NCBI RefSeq assembly: GCF_006345805.1
Contig: NC_043020.1
Span: forward strand, 15,872,001 to 15,936,000
Reading direction: 5' to 3'
DNA: 64,000 nt
Origin: Octopus sinensis
Lineage: Eukaryota
Shown: one piece after another, positions 24,738-37,175 of the stretch
How positions within the stretch are numbered: the first letter of the stretch is position 1
Layout of the letters: the number at the start of each line of letters is the position of its first letter
Translations under genes and position numbers: made by a program
Notes under the pieces: generated by a model
Told to the model about the DNA's origin: nothing
The model's input: the letters and a program-made list of their open reading frames with translations, nothing else
The model's database searches: none

Positions 24738-25022
24738 GATTTCTAACAGATCAAGTAATCATAGAGGCTCTTTCCTTCAGGTGTAGTATACCTAGGATTA
24801 TATTATCTAATGTGTCTTCAATTTTATTTCAAAGACTCCAGGATGTGATGCAAGGGAGATTTGACTGCTATTTCTAGCAGACTAAAGAAAAGGAGCCTGT
24901 ACATGATCAATCAGTCTGTTAAAATAATTGTCAAATATCCCTCAGAGTACAAACTACAATCTTTAGAATAAAGACACATTAGCTAAAGTAATCCAAGGTA
25001 GACTATACTAGACAATGGGTGT

Positions 25023-25815
25023 TGGTTTATGTCCCCATAGTTGGTTCATTTATGTCCCCATAGTTGGTTCATTTATGTCCCCATAGTTGATTCATTTACG
25101 CCCCCATAGTTAGTTCATTTACGTCCCCATAGTTGATTCATTTACGTCCCCATAGTTGATTCATTTACGCCCCCATAGTTGGTTCATTTACGTCCCCATA
25201 GTTGGTTCATTTACGTCCCCATAGTTGGTTCATTTACGTCCCCATAGTTGGTTCATTTACGTCCCCATAGTTGGTTCATTTACGTCCCCATAGTTGGTTC
25301 ATTTACGTCCCCATAGTTGGTTCATTTACTTCCCCATAGTTGGTTCATTTACGTCTCCATAGTTGGTTCATTTACGTCTCCATAGTTGGCTCATTTACGT
25401 CCCCATAGTTGGTTCATTTACGTCCCCATAGTTGGTTCATTTACGTCCCCATAGTTGGTTCATTTACGTCCCCATAGTTGGTTCATTTACTTCCCCATAG
25501 TTGGTTCATTTACTTCCCTATAGTTGGTTCATTTACGTCTCCATAGTTGGTTCATTTACGTCTTCATAGTTGATTCATTTACGTCTTCATAGTTGATTCA
25601 TTTACGTCCCCATAGTTGGTTCATTTACGTCCCCATAGTTGGTTCATTTACATCCCCATAGTTGATTCATTTACATCCCCATAGTTGGTTCATTTACGTC
25701 CCCATAGTTGATTCATTTACATCCCCATAGTTGGTTCATTTACGTCCCCATAGTTGGTTCATTTATGTCCTCATAGTTGGTTTATTTACTTCCTATAGTT
25801 GGTTCATTTACTTCC
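25023..25815. repeat. 23-bp minisatellite (ccccatagttggttcatttacgt), ~34 units, inside a SINE B 3' half
   Basis: Period read directly; continues into the SINE B tail to ~26003. Confidence 0.93.
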
Positions 25816-26274
25816 CCATAGTTGGTTTGTTTACATCCTCTTAGTGGTTTGGCAAAAAAAAAAACAAAAAAAAAGACTGATAGGTTAATTACCAAGGTTA
25901 CAAAAAAAAATGAGCACAGGGGTCTATTTGTTTGACTAAACACTTCACGGCAGTGCCCCAGCATGGCCGCATTCCAAAGAATGAAACAAATAAAAGATAA
26001 GAGATGGTAGAGAAAAGATACAGCAACTAAATCAGGGCTGACCTGGGCCTAAAGTACTACTGTTGCTTCACCAGATGGTCATTGCAGCCTCTCTACTGGT
26101 ATGATGTCCCCTCGCCCTCCATCTCACACCACCCATGTCCCTACCCCAACTTCTCAGCTTTCTGTAGATGTAATTAGCAAATAAACTATATTGATTTTCA
26201 GCCAGGCTTTTGTGGCAGTGAGATAGAAATTGACCATGTAGCTTTATGAGAGAAAAATTGTTTGGGGGGGGGGT

Positions 26275-26962
26275 GAGAAGGAGGAAAAGACAGAGAGATG
26301 GGGGAAGTGATGGAGCAAGCCACAAAGAGAGAATGAGAGAGGGGAAAGCTGGTAGACAGAGAGAGGAGGAAAACCAGAAGAGAGAGCAAGCGAGAGAGAG
26401 AGAGAGAGAGAGAATGAAATAGAGAAAGAAAGGGAGAGAAAGAAAGAGAAAGAGAGAGAGAGCAAGCCAGAGAGAGAGAGAGAAAGAAATAGAGAAAGAG
26501 AAAGAAAGGGAGAGAAAGAAAGAGAAAGCGAGAGAGAGCAAGCCAGAGAGAGAGAGAGAGAGAGAAAGAAATAGAAGAAAGAGAAAGAAAGGGAGAGAAA
26601 GAGAGAGAGAGAGAGAGAAAGAAATAGAGAAAGAGAAAGAAATAGAAAAAGAGAAAGAAAGGGAGAGAAAGAAAGAGAAAGAGAGAGAGAGAGAGAGAAA
26701 GAGAGAGTGAGAGAGAGCAAGCCAGAGAGAGAAGGAGAGAACAAACCAGAGAAAGAGAAGAAGAGTAAGCCATAGAGAAATAAGGGAGGGAGAGAGAGAG
26801 AGCATGCATGAAAGAAAGAGAGAGAGGGAGAGAGCAAGCCAGAACAAGAGAGAGAAGGGGAAGGAGTGAGAGCATGTCTGTGAGAGGGAGAGAAAGCAAA
26901 CCAGAGAAAAAGAGAAATAGAGAGATAGAAAGAGAGAGGGAGAGAGAGAGAGAGAGAGAGAT
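26275..26962. repeat. (GA/GAAA)n purine tract
   Basis: Read directly. Confidence 0.95.
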
Positions 26963-27439
26963 AACTGTAGAAGCAATGGCTTTAGGCTTATCGTATTGAT
27001 CTGACATATTATGGTTCTAGGAGAAATTGGTTACACACAAGCCAGCTCAATCCTCCGTAAGCTTCATGGACGCACTGCCGAGTTCATTTCAGTTTGGTTC
27101 ATTCTTTAAATTCTATTATTGTTTTCCTTTTTTTGCTTTTCTTTGTGCTTTTCTTTTTTTTTTTTTTTTTTATATATTTCGTATTTATTAAATCTCAATT
27201 TGGTGAGCAATAACAGAGTTGGTTATACGCTTCCGAATGAGGCAATCACAGGTTCATCGTCTTTTCTGACGGAAGGAACAACATTGAGATTGTCTGCACA
27301 ACTGATGACGAAGAACATTCTGCACGAAATTAGTTTTATTCAAAAACACGTTTTTCTGATAATATTTTTTTTTCTTCTTTTTTTTTTCACCACTGTTTTC
27401 TCATAAATTTTTTTTTATATCTTTTACTGATATACATTG

Positions 27440-27526
27440 GGAAGATACACATGTATATATATAAATATATATACACATATATATGTATGTGAGTATGCAT
27501 GGGTGTGTGGGTGTATGTGTATATCA

Positions 27527-27558
<32 letters not shown>

Positions 27559-28292
27559 ATACATAAATATTTATGCATATATATACATATATATATGCAT
27601 GTATATACATATATATATATACATATGCATGTATATACATATATGCATATATAAACATATATATACATGTGCATGTATATACATATATGCATATATAAAC
27701 ATATATATACATATGCATGTATATACATATATGCATATATATACATATATGCATATATATACATATATATACATATATATACATGTATATATATATATAT
27801 ATATACATATATATACATATATATACATGTATATATATACATATATATGCATATATATACATGTATATATATATACATATATATATAGATGTATATATAT
27901 ACATATATATATATATATATGCATATACATATATACATATATATGCATATACATATATACATATATATGCATATATATACATGTATATATATATACATAT
28001 ATATAGATGTATATATATATACATATATATATATATGCATATACATACATGATCTATATATGTGCATATACATACATATATATATATGTGCATATACATA
28101 CATATATATGTGTGCATATACATACATATATATGTGTGCATATATATATATATATATGTGTGCATATATATATATATATATATGTGCATATATATATATA
28201 TATATACATACATACATACATACATATATATGTGTGCATATATATATATATATATATGTGCATATATATATATATATACATACATACATACA

Positions 28293-28325
<33 letters not shown>
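27440..28325. repeat. (TA/CATA)n tract; similar at 17590-18230, 39225-39710, 40415-40920, 55100-56010
   Basis: Read directly. Confidence 0.95.
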
Positions 28326-28326
<1 letters not shown>

Positions 28327-29379
28327 AACAGATTAGAAAAATGGAGCAACAATCAACAATTAAAAGTTGATCATTGGTATTAAAAGGTCATAGTTTAATT
28401 GTAGTTCAAGAACATTTACAGCTGTTTCAGATTGTTATTTTGAAGTAAATTTGCATTTACCTAGTTCCACTTAACAAACATCGTTAGAATGATTTAGAGT
28501 TTTTTTGGAGGAATATAGTTAAGAGAAAAAGGGAAATGAAAAGAAAAAGGAAAAAGTTTGTTAAGTCTTTAGGCTTACATTTTTGTGACCTTTTTGGGTT
28601 TCACGTGTGTGTATGTTGCTTCAATTAGATGAATGGAGCATTACTTGGGGAAAATGACTAGTTGACCAGCAGTGTTAGTCGAAGGAGTTATACCTGGTAG
28701 TAATATTCAGTATTGTTAATTGTAATATGTTTAATTTTTTTGTAGAATAGGTAGGCATAATTCGCCCCTGCATTTCAACCACAGCATTTAAGCTATGCAT
28801 AAAACAGCTGTAGTTTACATGCTGCATACACTCCTACAACACCATTTTCTTTATGTGCTACAAAGGCAGAAATAAATCTGCCTTCAACTCAGTTGTACAG
28901 TTGTGTTTCACTTATTTTTTGTGTGTTTTACTAAATAAAGGCCTACCCTGTTTGTGACCACTAGGTAAGTCCCTATAATTATAAATAATGGCCTTCTTAA
29001 AACCGGCCCTATCCAGCCCAAATATTCTACCTGTTTTATGTTCAGTCTAACCAGATATAGCTTTTCCCACCTTCCTTACAATGTCATTCTAAAAATAAAC
29101 AATCACATGATTGAAACAAAGCATGATTAATTCAAAACAATGTGAATAAATAAGTGTTACATTTGACTGGCTACTCTGAATGCTAAAAGGTCAAAGTAAT
29201 GTTCGAGGAACAATGCCTAAAAACTGTTCATAAATTTAGATAAATAAAGCAGGGACATGCCACCTAGGTAGTCAAGGTCAGCACTGCTAGCATGGAAAGC
29301 GGATGCTAAATGATGATGATGATGATGATTGTTGAAAGCTTCAACAATAGTAAGTTGGAATTTAAGAGCATAGGCAGCA

Positions 29380-30215
29380 ATCTAGGGAACTACTCACAAT
29401 GTTCCAAAGGTGCCATTTCAGGGTTAATATAGAATATGCCTATCTTGCAAATGGGGAGAGATAGTGATGATAATAGAAAAATATTACAATGTAACAATAG
29501 CAAGACTATGAAAATATTCAGAAGCAAGGAAAGGAAAACAGATGAGTGTAATAAGGAGAGATGAAGAAAATGGAAAATGTTTTCTAAGAAGGTTATAAAG
29601 AACAACGTGAAAACAAACAACATCAAAGAAAAAGGTTCGGAGAAGAACAAAGACAGAAATTGTTAAAAAATCAAAAAAAAAAAAAAAAAGACAAAATCAA
29701 AGAGAATTTGGGAATGTACTACAGAAAAAAATGGAGGGAAAACCCACTCCTTGGCTAATAACCAACAAGACTCAACAGAGAAGAAACCAGATTGAAAGCC
29801 AACAATGGGTCAAAAGCTCTTGGCTAAAAACAGAAACAGGTCTGATAAAAGCTGCAAAAGACCAATATCTTGCAACAAATAATAACAAGACTAAAATAAT
29901 GTAAAAAGATGAAAACATCATGTGTAGGCTATGCAATCAGTATAATGAGACAACCAACCACATCAGTTTCAGCTGTCCCGTCTTTGCCAACTCTAAGTAT
30001 ATTCACAACCATGATCAAGTTGGCAGTTACGTCCATTGGGCAATATGCCAACACTTCGATGTGAAAGCAGATAAGAGGTGGTACAAACATGTGCCCAACA
30101 CAGTACATGACAACATCCTGGCCATAATCATCTGGGACATGCCACTCCACACTGACAAGCAGATCAAGGAGAGAAAAAAAAATCAACCAAATATAATTTA
30201 ATATACAGGTTACAG
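29380..30215 (+). mobile_element. Decayed R4/Dong-type LINE ORF (CCHC zinc knuckle and start of RLE)
   Basis: KW.E.P...WLKTET...AA.DQ.L...CRLC.QY.ET..HI...CP......H.HDQVG.YVHW.IC...IIWD.P.HTD. Confidence 0.82.
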
Positions 30216-30673
30216 AGAGTATTTGAAGATACTTAATTATTACTCTCTCTCTTTTACTTGTTTCAGTCATTTGACTGCGGCCATGCTGGAGCACCGCCTT
30301 TAGTCGAGCAAATCAACCCCAGGACTTATTCTTTGTAAGCCCAGTACTTATTCTATCGGTCTCTTTTGCTGAACCGCTAAGTGATGGGAATGTAAACACA
30401 CCAGCATCGGTTGTCAAGCAATGCTAGGGTGACAAATACAGACACACAAACACACACACACACATATATATATATATACATATATACAACAGGCTTCTTT
30501 CAGTTTCTGTCTACCAAATCCACTCACAAGGCATTGATCGGCCCGGGGCTATAGCAGAAGACACTTGCTCAAGATGCCACGGAACCATGTGGTTGGTTAG
30601 CAAGCTACTTACCACACAGTCACTCCTGTTTATTAATCTCTTTTTTTTTTTTTAAACTTCTTTTAGATTCCCC

Positions 30674-31560
30674 ATGGCAGATAAAATGTTAACACAAGAA
30701 ATGAAAGGATGTGCAGTTGTTGTTGTCAAATGTGCAGAACAAAGTGATTTAGAAATTACCAATTTTCCAAATATTACAAGATCTTTTGTACACAAAGTTT
30801 GGATAGAACTGACAGCCGTTGGTGAGATGTTTCAACTGCATTGAAACATTCTAAATCTTTGGACACTATGAGGTCGCACAATTTATTAAATGGCTTCAAA
30901 ACATGATTAATGATTATCTCAGAACATCAATGATGGCCATTGCCAAAGAACTTCAGATATTGGAGTGGACTATCAAAACTGTGGTGCACGAGGATGTTTA
31001 ATACAAATTGTATGTACTGAGGAGTGGACAATTCATGTCTACAAGGACAACTGTTTAATCTGAGTTGAGTGGTTACTTAATAAGGTTAAAAAACTTCCTG
31101 AACAAAGCATGCTTTTGCTCTTCTCTGATGAGAAAAGACCAAGACCAAATGTCTAACAGAAGAAATGACAGATAGCTAAATACAGATCCTTCTGATGTCC
31201 CCAGAGTCAGGCACAACTGTGAGGGTTTTAAGAGTGGTGAGGGAATACAGATCATGTCATGCCATGTCAAAATTGTTCCACAGGGCCTTAGAATTAATAC
31301 TGCTGGATATGTTGAGGGAGTGAGGAGAGCTATTATACTCTGGATGCAATAAGTAGAATGAGAAAAAGCAGAATGAAATCCTATATATGGGATCTGAAAA
31401 CCAACTGCACATCACACAGAGTCAAATGAAACATTGTGAAGACCTCCACATCATATATAAATTGATTAAAGAGAAGCAAGCCATGTGTAATTGAAACATT
31501 TCATTCTTTTTAGATCCAAGAATTCCACCACAATACTTAATTCCAGATTTGAGATTTTTA
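30674..31560 (+). pseudogene. Decayed Tc1/mariner-superfamily transposase (probably maT/DD37D-like)
   Basis: Broken frames MADKMLTQEMK..., IAKELQI.EWTIKTVVHED, LLFSDEK, DPSDVP; many stops and frameshifts. Confidence 0.7.
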
Positions 31561-31798
31561 GAAAATGTAAGCACACGGACTCTCTTTACTCTTTTACTCG
31601 TTTCAGTCATTTGACAGTGGCCATGCTGGAGCACCGCCTTTAGTCGAGCAACTCAACCCCGGGACTTATTCTTTGTAAGCCCAGTACTTATTCTATCGGT
31701 CTCTTTTGCCGAACCGCTAAGTGACGGGGACATAAACACACCAGCATCGGTTGTCAAGCAATGCTAGTGGGGCAAACACAGACACACAAACATACACG

Positions 31799-31830
<32 letters not shown>

Positions 31831-32046
31831 CATATATACGACGGGCTTCTTTCAGTTTCCACCTACCAGATCCACTCACAAGGCTCTGGTCGGCCTGAGG
31901 CTATAGTAGAAGACACATGCCCATGGTGCCACGCAGTGGGACTGAACCCGGAACCATGTGGTTGGTAAGCAAGCTACTTACCACACAGCCACTCCTGCGC
32001 CTGGACAAATTTCTTTTGTCAAAGTTGAAGACACTGTCCTTTGCAG

Positions 32047-32964
32047 GTTGAGCACACTGTCTCACAGACATTGGCCACCCACCTGCTGATTTTGACAGAC
32101 AAGATGGGTACAACTCTGGGTTCTATTTTCTTACTTTCTTTTACCATTTTATTTTATTTTCTGATTTCACTTTTTGCATTCCCCTTCCTCTCATCTCTGC
32201 TCATGTTTTCTCATAAACTAGCATTCTTCTTGTTTTTTTTCAAATAAGACCAAGCATGATGTGTATTCAAGCCTGAAGGATTGCTTGGAGGTGCAAGGAA
32301 TGATACATAAACCTGTTCATTTATTGTGTTTCCACAGTGTGAAACTATTAGTAGCTTGTGCAGCACAAAACTATTAGTACTGTGTATGTTATTATTAGGT
32401 TGTCCCAAAAGTTCGTAAACACTTGCGAAAATTGAAATTTTACTCGCCAAGTACTAACAAAAACAACAAAAATTATTCCTCAAAATAAAAACCATTATTT
32501 TCCAAGACTTTCTACGAACTTTTGGGACAACCTTATATTAGTGGCATGAAACTCTTAGTACTGTGTATATTAAATGATATATAAATGTATGTGTGTGGTC
32601 ATTATATTTGTTCCCCACCACCATTTCACAACCAGAGTTGGTTTGTTTACATAAGAAAGCAACACAATAAGTCCCAGGCTTAAATAAAAAACAAAAACAA
32701 AGAAAAAATAAGTACTGGGTAATACTATTCTATATTTTTGGTGCCCTGTATGGCTGCAGTCCAATGACTGAAGCAAGCACAAGATCACTGATGAAAAATA
32801 ACTAATTCCTAAATCACAATGATGTACACACCTCAGAAGCATGGAGACGTACAAGGTAGGAGTAGTGGAAACTGTACAAAACACCGTTGTCATAATGATG
32901 ATGATGATGGTGATGATGGTGGTAGTAATGATGATGATGATGATTTCCTTCAGGAATCTGCTGA
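32047..32964 (+). CDS. Candidate 3' exons of a plus-strand gene: 32047-32107, 32249-32290, 32837-32855, 32954-stop (..TKHDVYSSLKDCLE|KHGDVQ|GIC*)
   Basis: Donor AAG|gtagga, acceptor tttccttcag|, T-rich introns on +, AATAAA at 33094-33099. The first exon is not phase-compatible with the second. Confidence 0.3.
32395..32535. mobile_element. Mariner-type MITE (~140 bp)
   Basis: TIRs ggttgtcccaaaagttcgta / tacgaacttttgggacaacc with TA flanks. Confidence 0.85.
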
Positions 32965-33219
32965 ACAGAGGAACATCAAATGCTTCGAGCAATTGTTTTC
33001 GGCAAGATAATTACTCTTTAACTACATACAGTAGATGCCATAATAAAAGAAGACCAGAGGGAAAGATGAAGAACGAAGAGCTTTTTCATGTTTAATAAAT
33101 AATTAAACGAATAATTGAAAACATATTCATAGAATATATTTGCATAAATTAGTATCTTTTTGTTTCTCATTTATTACTGTGAGGATTTGAAGTTTTTCAC
33201 CATATTTATTTAATTATTC

Positions 33220-33585
33220 ATTTATATTATTATTATTATTATTATCATTGTTGTTATTATTATCATTGTCATTATTATTATTATCATTGTTATTATTATT
33301 ATCATTGTTATTATTATTATTATTATTATCAGTTGTTATTATTATTATTGTTATTATCATTGTTGTTGTTATTATTATTATTATTATTATCATTGTTGTT
33401 TATTATTATTATTATTATTATTATCATCATTGTTATTATTATTATTATTATTGTTATTATTATTATTATTATTATCATTGTTATTATTATTGTTATTATT
33501 ATTATTATCATTGTTATTATTATTGTTATTATTATTATTATTATTATTATCATTGTTATTATTATTGTTATTATTATTATTATGG
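33220..33585. repeat. (TTA/TTG/TCA)n tract
   Basis: Read directly. Confidence 0.95.
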
Positions 33586-36467
33586 AAACTAAGGATTTTA
33601 ATTTATTGAAAAGTAAACATAATATATACAGTATAAAAGGATAAATTTGTGAATTAATCAAAGGTAACTTTTTTAATAAATGCTTCATTTTGAATTCTTT
33701 TAACACTTTCATGTGATTTCAAACAAAGTAAGCCAGCTTGCACATTTTTGTCTACAGTTAAAGAAAAAAAAAGAAGAGAAAACCACCAAAATTAACTGCT
33801 TTATTTTATTTTATTTTAATTTTCCCCATTTTGTCTTTGAAATTATTCGCCAATATTTTCTGCATTTCAAATGTTTGACAGAACACTTCACAATGAAATT
33901 TCCAGGAAAAAATATGACCAGGTACAGGCATGGAGTGGCTGTGTGGTAAGTAGCTTGTTTACCAACCACATGGTACCGGGTTCAGTCCCACTGCGTGGCA
34001 CCTTGGGCAAGTGTCTTCTACTATAGCCTCGGGCTGACCAAAGCCTTGTGAGTGGATTTGGTAAATGGAAACTGAAAAGAAGCCCATCCTATATATGTAT
34101 ATATATATATATATATGCGTGTGTGTGTTTGTGTGTCTGTGTTTGTCCCCCTAGCATTGCTTGACAACCGATGCTGGTGTGTTTAAGTCCCCGTTACTTA
34201 GCGGTTCGGCAAAAGAGACTGATAGAATAAGTACTGGGCTTACAAAAGAATAAGTCCCGGGGTTGAGTTGCTCGATTAAAGGCAGTGCTCCAGCATGGCG
34301 CAGTCAAATGACTGAAACAAGTAAAAGAGTAAAAGAGTATGGCTGGGTGGTAAGAAGCTTGTTTGCCAACCATGAGGTCTTGGGTTCAGTACCACCATGC
34401 AGAACTTGGGCAAGTATCTTCTAATATAATCCAGGGCCAACTAAATAATTTCTGAGTGGATTTGGTAGATGGAAACTGAAAGAAGCCCATCATACACATG
34501 TGTGTGTGTGTGTGTGTGTGCACCTTTGTGTTTGTGTTTGCTCCCCCCACCCAGCACCACTTAACAGCCATTGTTGGTTTGTTTACATCTGCATAATTTA
34601 GCAGCTGAACAAAAGAAATCAACAGAATGCATGCCAGGCTTAAAAATAAAATAACTACTGAGGTCAATTTGTTTAAACTAAAACCCTCAAAGGTGATGCA
34701 CCAGCATGGCCACAGTCAAATGACTGAAATAAGTAAAAAAATTGGTGGTGGCAGTAGTAGTAGTGGTGATGGCAGTGATGGTGGTTGTATCAGTAGTGGT
34801 AGTAGTAGTAGGTGTGGTACTAGTAGTAGTAGTAGTGATGGTTGTGGTAGTAGTAGTAATAGTAGTAGTGGTGGTAGAAGAAGCTGTAGCGGTGGTGGTA
34901 GTTGTAATAGTAGTAGCAGAAGTAGTAACAGTAGTAGTGGTGTTGGTGGTGGTAGTGGTGGTGGTGGTGGTGGTGGTAGTAGTAAATTGAATGAGTATGT
35001 CCATCCTAATGGCTCTAAAGGTTTGATGCCTCAGGCATAGCCACCATCCTGACCACCACACAGGAATCACTGACTCTCAACTGTTTCCAAGCAAGGTAAT
35101 ATCATTTTCACATTACCAGATAGGGCTCATGCAGGATATTGGAAATGAATGACACCTCTTGTATGACAGTGACACTCATTTACAACTATCATGTGACGTC
35201 AAGATAAGGACCCATACACAGAACTTCTTTTAGTGTCTGTCTACCAAATCCACTCACAAAGCTCTGGTCAGACCACAGTAGAGTACACTTGCCCAAGGTG
35301 CTATGTAGTGGGAATAAACCTAGAACCACGTGGTTGGGAAGCTTTGTAGCATTTGGTCCTGATTCTCATTCTGAGTTCAAATTCCACTGAGGTCAACTTT
35401 GCTTTTCATCCTTTTGGGGGTCAATGAAATAAGTACCAGTTGAACACTAGGGGCAATGTAATCAACTTACCCACTCCCTTACAATTGCTGGCCTGCATCA
35501 CCTCAGTGCTGTACTATCACCTATTTCTTTATTACCCACAAGGGGCTAAACATAGGGGGGGACAAACAAGGACAGACATAGGTATTAAGTTGATTACATC
35601 GACCCCAGTACGTAAGTGGTACTTAATGTATCGACCCCGAAAGGACGAAAGGCAAAGTCGACCTTGGCGGAATTTGAACTCACAACGTAACAACAGACGA
35701 AATACCTATTTCTTTATTACCCACAAGGGGCTAAACATAGAGGGGACAAACAAGGACAGACGTAGGTATTAAGTCGATTACATCGACCCCAGTGCGTAAC
35801 TGGTACTTAATTTATCGACCCCGAAAGGATGAAAGGCAAAGTCGACCTCGGCGGAATTTGAACTCACAACGTAACGACAGACGAAATACCGCTAAGCATT
35901 TCGCCCGGCATGCTAACGAATCTGCCAGCTCACCTGACTGTTGTACTTTGTCTTGAGAAATATCTGATCAGCCTAGAGTGCATGCTTTTCTACTTTTTAT
36001 GAAAGGGACAAGTTTGCTGGTCAGGAAGACCATCTGCTCACAACAACCATTCTGGTGGTAATAGGATACAATGACAGACAAAGCACAACACACACTCGGG
36101 CTGATAAACCTGCTGAAACATAATGACCACTGCAATGATGATGATAATGACGATGAGGTGAACTGAAGTGGTAACCTTTCATACAACACCCAAACCTTTC
36201 TGAGATGTGCACATGGAAATGAAACCATCTTGCATGCTATTATTCAGTGTCTGCACATTACTGACTTGTAGACTTGTATGGAACAACTACTGTTGTGTGT
36301 CTAATCCAGCTATCAGCCAAGATATGCAGGTGACATCACTTTCATGATGTCCAAAACATCAGATATACAAACAGTTGACACCATACTGTAAGAGTACCAA
36401 GAATATAAGAGAAAGCACATCAGCTGGCATGAGTCAATGGATTTGCAATTCAATATTTGGACAGATA

Positions 36468-36854
36468 GGGGAAGCACTCCGTCGGTTACGACGATGAGGG
36501 TTCCGGTTGATCCGAATCAACGGAACAGCCTGCTCGTGAAATTAACGTGTAAGTGGCTGAGCACTCCACAGACACGTGCACCCTTAACGTAGTTCTCGGG
36601 GATATTCAGCGTGACACAGAGAGTGACAAGGCCGGCCCCTTGAAATACAGGTACAACAGAAACAGGAAGTAAGAGTGAGAGAAAGTTGTGGTGAAAGAGT
36701 ACAGCAGGGATCACCACCATCCCCTGCCGGAGTCTCGTGTAGCTTTTAGGTGTTTTCGCTCAATAAACACTCACAACGCCTGGTCTGGGAATTGAAACCA
36801 CAATCCTACGACCGCGAGTCCGCTGCCCTAACCACTGGGCCATTGTGCCTCCAC
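36468..36854 (-). mobile_element. Full-length SINE E with 13-bp TSD
   Basis: TSD atttggacagata at 36455-36467 and 36855-36867. Confidence 0.9.
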
Positions 36855-36876
36855 ATTTGGACAGATAAATCTCTAC

Positions 36877-36993
36877 AGTTCAGAGGTGATTTCTCTTGTT
36901 GAATCCAAAATGCCATCTTCCTTTGGCTGGAAAAGGTGGCTGGTCTTCTACTGCCTCGTAGCTGTGTCAAAAGAAATGGTGTAGTGAACTCAT
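36877..36993 (-). CDS. Exon of minus-strand gene M2, possibly the same gene as M1 (DEFTTPFLLTQLRGSRRPATFSSQRKMAFWIQQEKSPLN)
   Basis: Strong acceptor ttttcaaacctttcag|; only the phase-1 frame is open, matching the upstream exon; donor |gtagag is weak. Confidence 0.6.
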
Positions 36994-37096
36994 CTGAAAG
37001 GTTTGAAAACAGGCGTTTTCGTCTCAGACCAAACTCATATCAACTTCTTCAAATACTACTTGAAAAGTAAAATGAGAGTAAAGAACCAAGTGTTAC

Positions 37097-37175
37097 CTTC
37101 TGGTGCGTTGAACAAAAGATGTATGAGAGCAGCAAGGATGATGAGGCTGACTAGGCCTCTCCTGGATATGCTTTT
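37097..37175 (-). CDS. Exon of M2 (KSISRRGLVSLIILAALIHLLFNAPE), hydrophobic helix
   Basis: Acceptor ctctttcctcctctttag|, donor AAG|gtaaca, phase 0-1, 103-nt intron to the exon ending at 36993. Confidence 0.62.

Noticed and set aside
25023-25815. CRISPR-like appearance of the 23-, 27- and 28-bp arrays
   Set aside because: The units are contiguous with no unique spacers, there are no cas genes, and the context is eukaryotic.
27301-27335. Hammerhead at ctgatgac...gaaa
   Set aside because: Stems I and II do not pair convincingly.
28461-28520. Polypyrimidine tract ending in AA plus AG|gtaaat donor (a fourth A-for-G site?)
   Set aside because: The implied exon has stops in all three frames.
29398-29445. 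Minus-strand exon candidate with a |gtgagt donor
   Set aside because: It lies within the antisense of the R4/Dong LINE remnant.
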